Shown here: piece after piece, positions 18,192-27,471 of the stretch
Layout: every line of letters begins with the position of its first letter
Numbering within the stretch: the stretch's first letter is position 1
Source: Alphaproteobacteria bacterium
Lineage (GTDB): Bacteria > Pseudomonadota > Alphaproteobacteria > JALCBB01
NCBI GenBank assembly: GCA_028066985.1
Contig: JALCBB010000004.1
Span: 1 to 39,338, forward strand
DNA length: 39,338 nt
Direction of reading: 5' to 3'
Made by a program: the position numbers and the translations under genes
The notes under the pieces: generated by a model
Told to the model about the DNA's origin: nothing
The model's input: only the letters and a program-made list of their open reading frames with translations
Database searches by the model: none

Positions 18192-19213
18192 CCGACAAGT
18201 CCGCCGCGCCGCCGTAAAATCTCGCCGACACCAAAGGCGGCTTCAAGATGCGCGGCGAGGTCGGCGTCCGCTTTTAATGTACGCGTTTCGCGGACAAGAT
18301 CATCGGCGCCCTGAAACCACGCGTCCAGCGCCAGCGAGGGCGGCGCGGCAGGGCCGGCGGGGCCGGCGGTGAAGCGCGCGAAGACGCCGCAGGGCGTGTC
18401 GCAGTCGCCGCCGAGTCCGAGCAGGACGGCGCGCTCAATCTCGGCGCATCGGCGGGTTTGGTCGTCCTGGAGGGTCTGCGCGAGGGCGAGCGCCTCGGAG
18501 TCGGCGGCGGCGACGCAGACGGCGAGCGTTCCCTGGCAGGCGGCGGGCAGGAATTCGGCGGGCGGCAGGGGTGACGCGTCCAGGGGCGCGAGCGACTCTT
18601 CGCCTTCGGGGACGGCGAGACGGCGCGGCTCTCCGTCCGGCGTGTCTGGCGGCAGGCGGTCGAGGCGCTGGAGTCCGGCGGCGGCGAGGATGAGGGCGTC
18701 CATTTTGCCGGCGGCGAGTCGGCGGAGGCGTGTTGTGACATTGCCGCGTGTCGCGGTGATTTGCAGGTCTGGTCGCAGGTGTTGCAGCCAGGCGGCGCGG
18801 CGCGGCGATGATGTGCCGACCGCGGCGCCTGGGGCGAGGTCTTTGAGGGAGGCGGCGGTGTCGGCGCGGCAGACGAGGGTGTCGCGCGGGTCGGCGCGCG
18901 CGGGCGTGGCGGCGAGGATGATGCCGGTGTTGTCGGTGTCGGCGGCGGGGATATCTTTGAGCGAGTGTACGGCGAGGCGGCAGTGTCCGTTGCGGAGGGC
19001 GGTATTGATGGTGTCGGTGAAGGCGCCTTTGCCGCCGAGGGTTTTGAGGGGGATGTTGTCGCTTTCGTTTTTCTGGTCGCCGCGGGTGTGAGCGGGGATG
19101 AAGCGGAAGTTTTTGTCGGGCGCTGTGCTGCGGAGTTTGCGGATGACTTCCGCGGCCTGCGCCCGGGCGAGTCTGGAGGCGCGCGCGGCGACGGTTATGG
19201 TGTCTGTGTTCAT
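18188..19213 (-). CDS. hemC: Hydroxymethylbilane synthase (porphobilinogen deaminase)
   Basis: RASRLARAQ, TRGD, GGKGAFT, AVHSLKD, VGTSSPRR, RGNVTTRL, LAAAGLQRL, LGGDCDTP cofactor Cys. Confidence 0.95.
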   Translation of the reverse strand: MNTDTITVAARASRLARAQAAEVIRKLRSTAPDKNFRFIPAHTRGDQKNESDNIPLKTLGGKGAFTDTINTALRNGHCRLAVHSLKDIPAADTDNTGIILAATPARADPRDTLVCRADTAASLKDLAPGAAVGTSSPRRAAWLQHLRPDLQITATRGNVTTRLRRLAAGKMDALILAAAGLQRLDRLPPDTPDGEPRRLAVPEGEESLAPLDASPLPPAEFLPAACQGTLAVCVAAADSEALALAQTLQDDQTRRCAEIERAVLLGLGGDCDTPCGVFARFTAGPAGPAAPPSLALDAWFQGADDLVRETRTLKADADLAAHLEAAFGVGEILRRRGGLVG

Positions 19214-19228
19214 GTTGCGGGGGCGGGG

Positions 19229-22200
19229 CTAGGCGTCCCGCTCGCCGATGATCCTGGAGATCATGTCCTCGATGTAACCCTCATCCTCGGGATAAAGGAC
19301 ATAGCCCGGCAGCTCCGAATACATCTTCTCCACCTCCGCCTTCGGCGTCTGCGAAACGAGAAAATAATGCAGGCGGCAGTCGGAAAACTCCCGGCCGCTC
19401 TTCTCCCTGAGAGCCGGCTCGATCTTTTCCCTGAGGTAGTCGCCGAACTTCACCTTGTCGCTCGCGGGACCCGAATGCACAAGCCCCTTGGGGTCTATGA
19501 AGGCGATGTGCCGCCGGTCGTCCGCGAAGAGCCACATGATGAAGTCCTGGTAGAAGCCGTACTCAATGAAGCCGACCCCGTGTCCGCGGCTGCGGTTCCG
19601 CAGAAGGAAAATTTCCATGCCCCGGTCCCGGCCTTTTTTGTCCCACCACTTCAGCAGGGCTTCCAGGAAGTTCTTTTCGCCGTCGTTGAGACGAGCGTCG
19701 CCCGGAATCACCCTGGCTTCCCTGGGAGGGATGCTGTTCTTAAGCGCCAGAAGCGGCTTGTAAAGGTGCAGGTTGGAGGTGTCCGGCGCGGTAAGGCCGG
19801 CGTATCCCGGTTTGCCCTTTATGATCTCTCCGATGCTGTCCATCAGATGTTTGTTCTGCTTGTCGACGCGCACCTCGTACTTGCTGATGAAGTTGCCGTG
19901 GGACTTGTCCAGCCGCGCGTATTTGCGGTTCGCCGCGGCCCACTCTCTGAGTTCGCGGCGGCGGAAGTTCGTGACATACTGTTTCATCATGTCGGCGGCG
20001 ATGCTCTGCCAGTGGCGGAGTTTTTCCCAGTCGAGGCCTTCGGCGTCGGCGGGGTCGCCGCTCAGGCTGTACCAGTCGTCGTTTTCCAGGAGATCGTCCG
20101 CGAGGCGGTCGTCAAGGACGAGGTTATACCAGCCCTTCACCCGCTTGTGGCGAAGAAGCGCCTCCTGAATCGCGGCGCGGTCAAAAAACGCCTTGTACTG
20201 CGGCGGGATGCGGATGCGCGCGCCCTCGCCGGACTCGGACTCGCGCGCGCTCGTCATGGACGACACCGACATCCGCATGGCGAATTGAACTTCGTCCACA
20301 TCCCGCCCGTCTGAATGTTTGACAAGCACGGACACTTCTTCCCTGAAGCCGTCCTCGTTTTTTTCGGTTTTGACGATGGGGAAAGTCCTGCTGTCAAGCG
20401 TCTCTTCGGCGACGGTGACGGGAATCGTGAAGGGTTTCTGGTCGTCAAGCCCTTCCCGGCGCAGATACTCCTTGAATTCGGCGATGAAGTTCGCGCGCAG
20501 TCCGAAGATGTTGAGGGTTTCCAGGGTTTTGACGCCGGAGTCGGAACTGTTTATCTGGCGTTTGAGGTCGTTGTCCTTGCCGTGCAGACGAATTCCGCGT
20601 CCGAACAACTGGATGATCTCGGTGCCTTCGCTTTTGCCGACATTGAGCAGTCCCATCGTTGAGACGCGCCATGAATTCCATCCCTCGGTGAATTTTTTGG
20701 AGCCGATGAGAACGCTGACGCGCGAATTCGGCTCGTTGATGCGGCGAAAAAGGGAGCCGGAGAAGTTGCGGTCGTCGGCGATCGCGTCCGGCAGATGCTG
20801 CGCGCAGAGTTTGAGAAAGGCGGTGACATCGCCGATGTTGATGACGCCGAAGGGTTCGGCGACACCCGCGCGAAGAGCGATCTCGCCGTCGGCGTCGGCG
20901 ACTTTCTCCAGGTGCAGCGAGGCGGACGAATCGCTCTGAAAAACTTTGGCGAGCAGGTCGGCGTAAATTTCGCGGGGGTCGTCCTTCAGCGGAGAAAACA
21001 GGTCGCCGAAAATCGGATTGCCGTCCGCGTCCTGCAGGCTGTCGCCGTTCCGCAGGATGCCGCGGATGTCGGCTCTGGTCTGTTCGGGATCGCTCAGGAT
21101 TCCGTTCAGAAAAATCACGGCGTCCAGGACATCCGAGACTTTCGCCCGGTTCTCCGTGCGCACGGCGTTCACCCGCGCGCCGACGAAAACCAGCAGCGGC
21201 TTCTCAATGTTATGCTCCTGCCGCCACTTGTCGTCGGACTCGTAGGTCTTCATCTGCAGGTAGAACGCGAGGAGACAGGCGGTGAGATATTTGCGCCTGT
21301 CGTCCTGATTCTCAAAGCCCGCGCTGTTCAGGTTGAAGATTTTGAAGTCCTTGCCGTACTCGTCGTCGTAGAAGCGTCTGTAGGAGTAGTCAAACAGGAT
21401 GCTGCGCGCATACCGCTTGCCGGCGTCCTTGATCTGTCCGAAGGTGGCGGAGTATTCAAAGGAGAACCCGCGCCCGGTCATCGCGGCGCGGTATCGCAGC
21501 CACTTTTCGCCGCTGTGTCCGCGGTGTCCCTCGTCTATCATGACGAGGTTTTTGCTTTCAAAGGCGCTGACGGGAACCGTCTCGCCTTCTCTGGAGGTCG
21601 CGTCGTCGTCGCGGATTTTGTGAATGCTGACGATTTCCACTTCGCCGCGGCGGAAGCCGCCGATGTGTCTTTTGTCAAAGACGCGCGCCGCGATTCCGGA
21701 GTCGCGGAATTCCGCGAGATGCTGGAGAGCGAGGCCGTCGTTCGGAACGAGCAGAATCTCCTGGCTGATGTCGTGCTCGCGTCTGTATTTCTCCAGACAG
21801 CGGCGGAACTGAAGCAGGTTGATGTGCATCATCAGCGTCTTGCCGGAGCCGGTCGCGCTCCAGAGGGCGAGTCTGGCGAGGTCGCTTTCGTCATACCGGC
21901 TCAGCCGGAGAAAGCGGCGATGACGGTGCTCGTCCAGGTCGCGGAGCAGCGCCTCCTTGTCGTGGAACCACAGGTGCAGGCAGCGCTCGGAGAACATCAG
22001 AATCAGCCACTGGAAGTATTCCCACTGCAGGTCGCCGTCGCGCCGTCTGCCGATTTTTTCGGTATGCTCGCGGATGTTGTTGTCGTAGTCGGACAGATGC
22101 TGCCGGAGGTCGGGGTTCAGGCTTTCCTGATTCTCCAGAACCTTCGTGTAATTTTCCGCGGCGACATCTTCCATGAGGGTCTTGAACGCGCCGAGGTCGG

Positions 22201-22312
22201 GAATCGCGTTTCGGTCCAGGGGGATGGCGAACTGGTCGGCGAGAAAACTGAACAGAACGAGGCTCCTGTCCAGCGGGATCTCCGTGCGGGCGGAGGCTCG
22301 GCGCGACATCAT
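19229..22312 (-). CDS. res: Type III restriction enzyme Res subunit (system 2)
   Basis: SATGSGKT, IDEGH, EYSATF, KKFTEGWN, QLFGRGIRL; C-terminal QDFIMW...FIDPKG nuclease-like motif; ATGA overlap with mod. Confidence 0.88.
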   Translation of the reverse strand: MMSRRASARTEIPLDRSLVLFSFLADQFAIPLDRNAIPDLGAFKTLMEDVAAENYTKVLENQESLNPDLRQHLSDYDNNIREHTEKIGRRRDGDLQWEYFQWLILMFSERCLHLWFHDKEALLRDLDEHRHRRFLRLSRYDESDLARLALWSATGSGKTLMMHINLLQFRRCLEKYRREHDISQEILLVPNDGLALQHLAEFRDSGIAARVFDKRHIGGFRRGEVEIVSIHKIRDDDATSREGETVPVSAFESKNLVMIDEGHRGHSGEKWLRYRAAMTGRGFSFEYSATFGQIKDAGKRYARSILFDYSYRRFYDDEYGKDFKIFNLNSAGFENQDDRRKYLTACLLAFYLQMKTYESDDKWRQEHNIEKPLLVFVGARVNAVRTENRAKVSDVLDAVIFLNGILSDPEQTRADIRGILRNGDSLQDADGNPIFGDLFSPLKDDPREIYADLLAKVFQSDSSASLHLEKVADADGEIALRAGVAEPFGVINIGDVTAFLKLCAQHLPDAIADDRNFSGSLFRRINEPNSRVSVLIGSKKFTEGWNSWRVSTMGLLNVGKSEGTEIIQLFGRGIRLHGKDNDLKRQINSSDSGVKTLETLNIFGLRANFIAEFKEYLRREGLDDQKPFTIPVTVAEETLDSRTFPIVKTEKNEDGFREEVSVLVKHSDGRDVDEVQFAMRMSVSSMTSARESESGEGARIRIPPQYKAFFDRAAIQEALLRHKRVKGWYNLVLDDRLADDLLENDDWYSLSGDPADAEGLDWEKLRHWQSIAADMMKQYVTNFRRRELREWAAANRKYARLDKSHGNFISKYEVRVDKQNKHLMDSIGEIIKGKPGYAGLTAPDTSNLHLYKPLLALKNSIPPREARVIPGDARLNDGEKNFLEALLKWWDKKGRDRGMEIFLLRNRSRGHGVGFIEYGFYQDFIMWLFADDRRHIAFIDPKGLVHSGPASDKVKFGDYLREKIEPALREKSGREFSDCRLHYFLVSQTPKAEVEKMYSELPGYVLYPEDEGYIEDMISRIIGERDA

Positions 22313-25300
22313 TCAACGCCTTCAAACATCAGGCGGCGGAATTCGTATTCCGTCGGCAGCACGCCGTCAATGCGGCAGTCGCCGTTCGCGTAGACGGCGC
22401 TGAATTTTTTGCCGTGTTCTTCTTTCAGGCGATCGCAGAGCGCGCCGAGGGCGTCGTCGTCTGTCCGGCTTCGGCTGCGCCACAGTATCAGGACGCGGCG
22501 GCCGTCCAGGGTTTCGCCGATCACGACGCGCACATCTTCCGTCACGAATTGTTTCTGTACTTTCAGCCCGAGGAGGTAGTTGAAGGTTTCAACGAGGTCA
22601 ACGGAGCGGGGGGAGGTTTTCCCTTCGCGGGTGATGTTCAGCGCGTAGTTCATCGGTTCGTCCAGCCGGGCGATGTCCAGCAGGCTGGGGCTGTCGCGGG
22701 TTTCCACATCCAGCATGTAGCGGATGATGTAGTCAAAGCGGGATTCGGAGAAATCGTCCAGGGATTTCTGCTGGGCGGCGGTGGGGCGCGGGTCTTTGAG
22801 GTTGTCCAGGGCGTCTTCATAGGATTCCGTGCGCTGGACCTTGATGAGCCGCGGCGAACGGCTCTGTTCCCGCTCGCTGGCGGGTCTTTTCGGTTTGCCG
22901 TCTTTCCATTCGGGCGAGTAGGAGGCTTTTTTGATGCGCGGCACAAGCACCGTGTCAAAGTATTCACCCATCTCCATCAGGATGAATTTCCGCCCGCCGC
23001 CGTCTCGGCGATTGAGGTTGATGGCCGCATGACCAGTGGTGCCGCTTCCAGCGAAGTAGTCCAAAATGCCGGCATCACGGTCATCAACCGAGAACACCAG
23101 ATCTTCGTAAAGCTCCGTGGGATGACAATAAGGGAATGCCAGGTCCATCTTCCCGATGTCATCCATGCCCTTCCTGGCATTGGTGATCAAAGACGACAAT
23201 TCGGTTGTGCGGCTGTCCGACAGATACACCTTCCTCCTTGGCTGAGTCGTCTCATCTTCACCAAAAATTAACAAACCCTTCGCCCTCAGGCTGTCCATGA
23301 ATTCCGGCGTGTTGGACCAGCCCCTTTTGGGAACAGGGCAAGGCTTCCCGGTCTCGGGGTGTATTATCGGAACGAAAAACTTCTCGTCCGTCCTCTGTTC
23401 CGGAGCGCCCATATGAACGGACTGGTAGGGGCCGTTCTCGTCCATATGTTTGAACACATCCTCCCCGTCAAGGAAATCGTCTTTCCTGTCCTTCATCCAG
23501 CCGGAAAACTCCTCGGACCTTTCCGCCATGGACTTCGCGCGCTTCCTCATCAAAGAGGCGAACTTCTCCAGAATTTTGTCCGCCGACTTGCGCATTTTGA
23601 TCAGCTTTAATTTGCCCTGCCTCAGCAGGACAACATATTCATGCTGCGTAGACACCTTGTTGCTGCCCCCCACAGGATGAGATTTGTTCCAAATGATTGT
23701 TTCCAGATCTTCGGCGCTCAGGGCGTCAAAGATGCATGACAAATTTTTCTGCTCGTTTTCGTCAATGTGACACATCATCACCGACGCGTCGCCGATGAAC
23801 GGCAAGGAGGCGCTCAGGCAATTCTCCATCATGGTCATCCACGACGAATGTTTGTATCCGTTCTTGTAGAGGAAGCCGTTGGTATTAGTGTTGTACGGCG
23901 GGTCAATGTGGATGCACTTCACCTGCTCGCGGCAGCGATTCTCCAGCAGGCGCAGACCATGGAAATTGTCGCCGTTCACCAGAACGCCGTCGCAGATGTC
24001 GTCAATGTCGTGCGACTCGCCGACATGCGACAGCAGCGCCTCCTTGAAATCGGAGTCAAAATGTTTCGTGTCCACCAGAATGTGCGGCGCCGGCTCGGTC
24101 GTGCCGTAAAGCACCTTCCATTCCGCCGTCTGCGCCTCGTTCTCCAGAACCCGCGCGCGCAGGTCATCGGACAGAAAACGCCACGCCGCCAGCCAGTTCG
24201 TCTCCAGGACAAACTTCTTCTTCAGCCAGAGTTTCTTCTGAAACTCCTCCAGCTGCGCGAGCATGTCAATGATGTAATTCCCCACCTCCTGCGTCAGGCG
24301 AATTCTGTTCATCCATGAGCGAATCACCATCGGCGACGCGTCCGCGACATCGCTCAGGATCATCACCTCGTTCTTCAGGAAAAAATCCAGTTCGCGGCGC
24401 AGGAACGCGCCGAGGTCCTTGTGAATGAAGTAGTCAAAGCGATTGCGCGCGCTGAAAGCGCCGACATGCTTCTCCAGAAGGGTGCGGACAGGATCCCCGC
24501 CGAGCGACTTATTAAGCATCGCCTTCCATTCCTCCGGCAGGGAGGCAAGAATCTTCGTGACATTCCCGCCGTCGCAGTCCGCCTGAGTCGCCTTTCCGGA
24601 TTTTCGCTTCCCGTTCAGTTCCCGTGACGGCTCTTTAAAGGCGAAGTGAACGGTCAGAGTCCCGATGTTTTCGTCAATCTCAATCGGATTTCCGTCGCGA
24701 AGGTCGTCCGCGTCCGCGACCAGGAGCCGGCGGCCGTTCTGATCCTTGTTGTCGTTCTGCTCGGTCTCGGCGCGCGCCACGCGAAAAACGACCTTGCGCC
24801 GTCCGTCGTCCGCGAGGAACACATAGCGGGAGAAGTTCTCGGACGACTTGATGTAATACTGATCGTAATTCGCCCAGTGCAGCCGCACCTCTTCGCCCGT
24901 GTGCGACAGCATGTATTTGTCCTCGCCGCCGTAGCGCCGCTCGCTGATGAAGTCGCCGTCGCGGTAGTAGCGCCTGAAGAAATTGAACAGGTCGGAGTAA
25001 ATCGCGCGCGCCACCTCCTCCCCGTCGGGCCCCTCGTTCCGAAGCCGCTCCTCCAGCTCCATGATCACGGGCGTGGCAGAAATCTGCTTTTCGCTCTGCC
25101 CCATATCCAGCAGAGCCTCCCGTTTCTCCTGCAACTCTCTTCTCGCCCGCATCGCTGTCGCCGTGCGCACCTCGCCGAACCTCTCCTCAATCTTCCGGGG
25201 CAGGTCTTCGCCCAGAAACCGCCGCATCTCCGCGCTCTTTATGCGCAGAATGCGGTAAATGCCGAAGTCCAGATCCCCGCGGTCAATCTGGAAGATCTCC

Positions 25301-25341
25301 TCGATCTTCGCCCTGAGCAGGTCGTACGGTTGCTCGCTCAT
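22309..25341 (-). CDS. mod: Large (1010 aa) Type III R-M Mod subunit, adenine DNA methyltransferase (system 2)
   Basis: DLDFGIYRI N-terminus, GDNFHGL, IHIDPPYNT (motif IV), LDYFAGSGTTGHA (motif I), ESYEDALDN, DLVETFNYLLG. Confidence 0.9.
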   Translation of the reverse strand: MSEQPYDLLRAKIEEIFQIDRGDLDFGIYRILRIKSAEMRRFLGEDLPRKIEERFGEVRTATAMRARRELQEKREALLDMGQSEKQISATPVIMELEERLRNEGPDGEEVARAIYSDLFNFFRRYYRDGDFISERRYGGEDKYMLSHTGEEVRLHWANYDQYYIKSSENFSRYVFLADDGRRKVVFRVARAETEQNDNKDQNGRRLLVADADDLRDGNPIEIDENIGTLTVHFAFKEPSRELNGKRKSGKATQADCDGGNVTKILASLPEEWKAMLNKSLGGDPVRTLLEKHVGAFSARNRFDYFIHKDLGAFLRRELDFFLKNEVMILSDVADASPMVIRSWMNRIRLTQEVGNYIIDMLAQLEEFQKKLWLKKKFVLETNWLAAWRFLSDDLRARVLENEAQTAEWKVLYGTTEPAPHILVDTKHFDSDFKEALLSHVGESHDIDDICDGVLVNGDNFHGLRLLENRCREQVKCIHIDPPYNTNTNGFLYKNGYKHSSWMTMMENCLSASLPFIGDASVMMCHIDENEQKNLSCIFDALSAEDLETIIWNKSHPVGGSNKVSTQHEYVVLLRQGKLKLIKMRKSADKILEKFASLMRKRAKSMAERSEEFSGWMKDRKDDFLDGEDVFKHMDENGPYQSVHMGAPEQRTDEKFFVPIIHPETGKPCPVPKRGWSNTPEFMDSLRAKGLLIFGEDETTQPRRKVYLSDSRTTELSSLITNARKGMDDIGKMDLAFPYCHPTELYEDLVFSVDDRDAGILDYFAGSGTTGHAAINLNRRDGGGRKFILMEMGEYFDTVLVPRIKKASYSPEWKDGKPKRPASEREQSRSPRLIKVQRTESYEDALDNLKDPRPTAAQQKSLDDFSESRFDYIIRYMLDVETRDSPSLLDIARLDEPMNYALNITREGKTSPRSVDLVETFNYLLGLKVQKQFVTEDVRVVIGETLDGRRVLILWRSRSRTDDDALGALCDRLKEEHGKKFSAVYANGDCRIDGVLPTEYEFRRLMFEGVE

Positions 25342-25514
25342 CGCCTCAAAGTTCCTCTCTCGTTCCCATGACCCGAATCGCCATGAACTCCCGACACCCT
25401 ACACCAGTTTTTCAGAAAAAACACCCCCCCGAAAAGGCGGCGCCGTCAATGCCTCCCCTGAGCCAAAATACGCCCCGACTACACAAAAAAAGCCGGCGCG
25501 CCTACAATCTCCAC

Positions 25515-26597
25515 ATGCTCATCCTCGCCATAGAAAGCACCTGCGACGAAACCGCGACCGCGCTCCTCAAGACCACGCCGCAGCACCACATCCTCGCGCA
25601 GCACATCACTCCGCAAACACAGCACCGGCGCTTCGGCGGAGTCGTGCCCGAAATCGCCGCCAGACAACACCTCGCAAACCTGCCCGCGCTCCTCGGACAA
25701 ACCCTCCGCGGACAGCCGCAGCCCGGCGCCGTCGCCGCCTCGTGCGGGCCTGGACTCATCGGCGGACTCATCACAGGCGCCTCCGCCGCGCGCGCCCTCG
25801 CCCTCGCCTGGCAGACGCCCTTCCTCGCCGTCAATCACCTCGCCGCGCACGCCCTCTCGCCGCGGCTCGCGTGGCCCGAACTGAAGTTTCCCTACCTGCT
25901 GCTGCTCGCCTCGGGCGGACACTGCCAGACCCTCGCCGTCTCCGCGCACGACAAATTCCGCCGCTACGGACAAACCCTGGACGACGCCCCCGGCGAAGCC
26001 CTGGATAAAGCCGCCCGCCTCCTCGGACTCGGATGGCCCGGCGGACCCGCCCTGGAAAAACACGCCGCGACCTTCCAGCCCGAAAATCCGCAGCAGCGCC
26101 GGGACGCCCTCGCGCTCCTGCCCGATCCCCTCGCGCGGCGCGGCGACAGCGACGGCGACGGCGCGAACCTTGATTTCTCCTTTTCGGGACTCAAAACCGC
26201 CCTCGCCCGCAAAGTAAACAATTCCCCCGCCGCTTCGGTCGACACCGCCGCGCTTGCCTTCGCCTTCCAGGAGCGCGTCATGCGGAGCCTCGCGCGCGGC
26301 GCCGGACGCGCCCTCGCGCGCTTTCGCCGGGAGCACGCCGCCGACACGCCCCTTCTCGCCGCCGGCGGAGTCGCCGCCAACCGGCGTCTTGCCGCGCTGC
26401 TTTCCGAGGTTGCCGTGCGGCACGGCGCTGAGTTCCTTCCTCTTCCTGCGGGACTTTGCACTGACAACGCCGCGATGGTCGCGCATGCCGCGGGCGAGCG
26501 TGTCCGTGCCTGCGGTGATGGAGAGCCGTTTCCTGACGACGGATTTTGCACTCCGTTGCGTCCGCGCTGGCCGCTTGACGCCGGCGCTGTCGCCTGA
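25515..26597 (+). CDS. tsaD: tRNA N6-threonylcarbamoyltransferase TsaD
   Basis: ILAIESTCDET, GGVVPEIAARQH, GPGL, VNHLAAH, SGGH, DDAPGEALDK, DFSFSGLKT, GGVAAN, CTDNAAM; start set at ATG 25515. Confidence 0.95.
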   Translation: MLILAIESTCDETATALLKTTPQHHILAQHITPQTQHRRFGGVVPEIAARQHLANLPALLGQTLRGQPQPGAVAASCGPGLIGGLITGASAARALALAWQTPFLAVNHLAAHALSPRLAWPELKFPYLLLLASGGHCQTLAVSAHDKFRRYGQTLDDAPGEALDKAARLLGLGWPGGPALEKHAATFQPENPQQRRDALALLPDPLARRGDSDGDGANLDFSFSGLKTALARKVNNSPAASVDTAALAFAFQERVMRSLARGAGRALARFRREHAADTPLLAAGGVAANRRLAALLSEVAVRHGAEFLPLPAGLCTDNAAMVAHAAGERVRACGDGEPFPDDGFCTPLRPRWPLDAGAVA

Positions 26598-26647
26598 CCT
26601 TTGGCGCGAATTCTGCTATTCTGTTTTCGGAACCGAGGAGACCTCCT

Positions 26648-27055
26648 GTGGCGTACTGGCTTGTCAAGTCTGAACCTGAAGACTACTCGTGGCAGGATCT
26701 CCTGCGCGAGCGTCGCGCGCTCTGGGACGGCGTGCGCAACGCCGCCGCCCGCAACAATCTCGCGCGGATGCGAGTGGGCGACCGTGTATTTTTCTATCAT
26801 TCGGGCGGTCCGCGCGAGATTGTGGGGATCGCGAAGGTTGTGCGCGCGGCGCTGCCGGATCCTGCTGACGGTCGCTGGCTTGCGGTGGAGATCGCGCCTG
26901 CGAAGACATTGTCGCGTCCTGTCGCGCTGTCGGAGTTGCGCGGCGACGGTCGCGCGGCGCGGATGGTTTTGCTGCGGCAGCCGCGTCTTTCGGTGCAGCC
27001 TGTGGGTGTTTCGCACTGGAGGCTTGTTCTTGAGCGCGGCGAGGGGACGAAGTAG
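26648..27055 (+). CDS. EVE domain-containing protein
   Basis: YWLVKSEP, WDGVRN, MRVGDRVFFYHS, RLSVQPV; GAGGAG RBS before GTG. Confidence 0.92.
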   Translation: MAYWLVKSEPEDYSWQDLLRERRALWDGVRNAAARNNLARMRVGDRVFFYHSGGPREIVGIAKVVRAALPDPADGRWLAVEIAPAKTLSRPVALSELRGDGRAARMVLLRQPRLSVQPVGVSHWRLVLERGEGTK

Positions 27056-27070
27056 CGCCGTGTTTTTGTC

Positions 27071-27471
27071 ATTAATTAAGGCGACAAACGAAGAACGATC
27101 TTCGGCATTAGTGGGAGTTTGACTTAGACATTCACGATAGCCGCTCAAGCGAACCGCACCAACTAATGCCCGCAGGCGCCGCCTGCAAAAAAAATTAAAT
27201 TAAAAAGAAAATAATTTATTTAATTAACCCCATTAATTGTCTATTAATAATTAACAGAACAAATCTCTTTTTAACACATTAATTGTCTATTATTAATTAA
27301 TGAAAAACAATTTATTTTAATTGACCCCTTAAATGGTCTAATTGATTTTTAATTTATTTTTTTGCGGGCTAGCCCGCACCCGTTAGTTGGCGCGGTTCGC
27401 TTGAGCCAACACTGTGAATGTCTTAGTCCCACGCCCACTAATGCCAAAGAGCGCACTTCGTGGTCTCTTAA
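27071..27471. repeat. Composite repeat E5: diverging arms around an extended AT core
   Basis: Arm - ~27100-27200, core with ATTAATTGTCTATTA duplicated, arm + ~27352-27450; both ends finish in TTAA. Confidence 0.9.

Noticed and set aside
13086-25341. Phase-variable mod (phasevarion)
   Set aside because: No simple sequence repeat tract was seen in either mod or its upstream region; both ORFs are intact
26648-27055. EVE protein as a modified-DNA reader belonging to the R-M locus
   Set aside because: Stand-alone EVE downstream of tsaD is a conserved housekeeping context; there is no nuclease fusion
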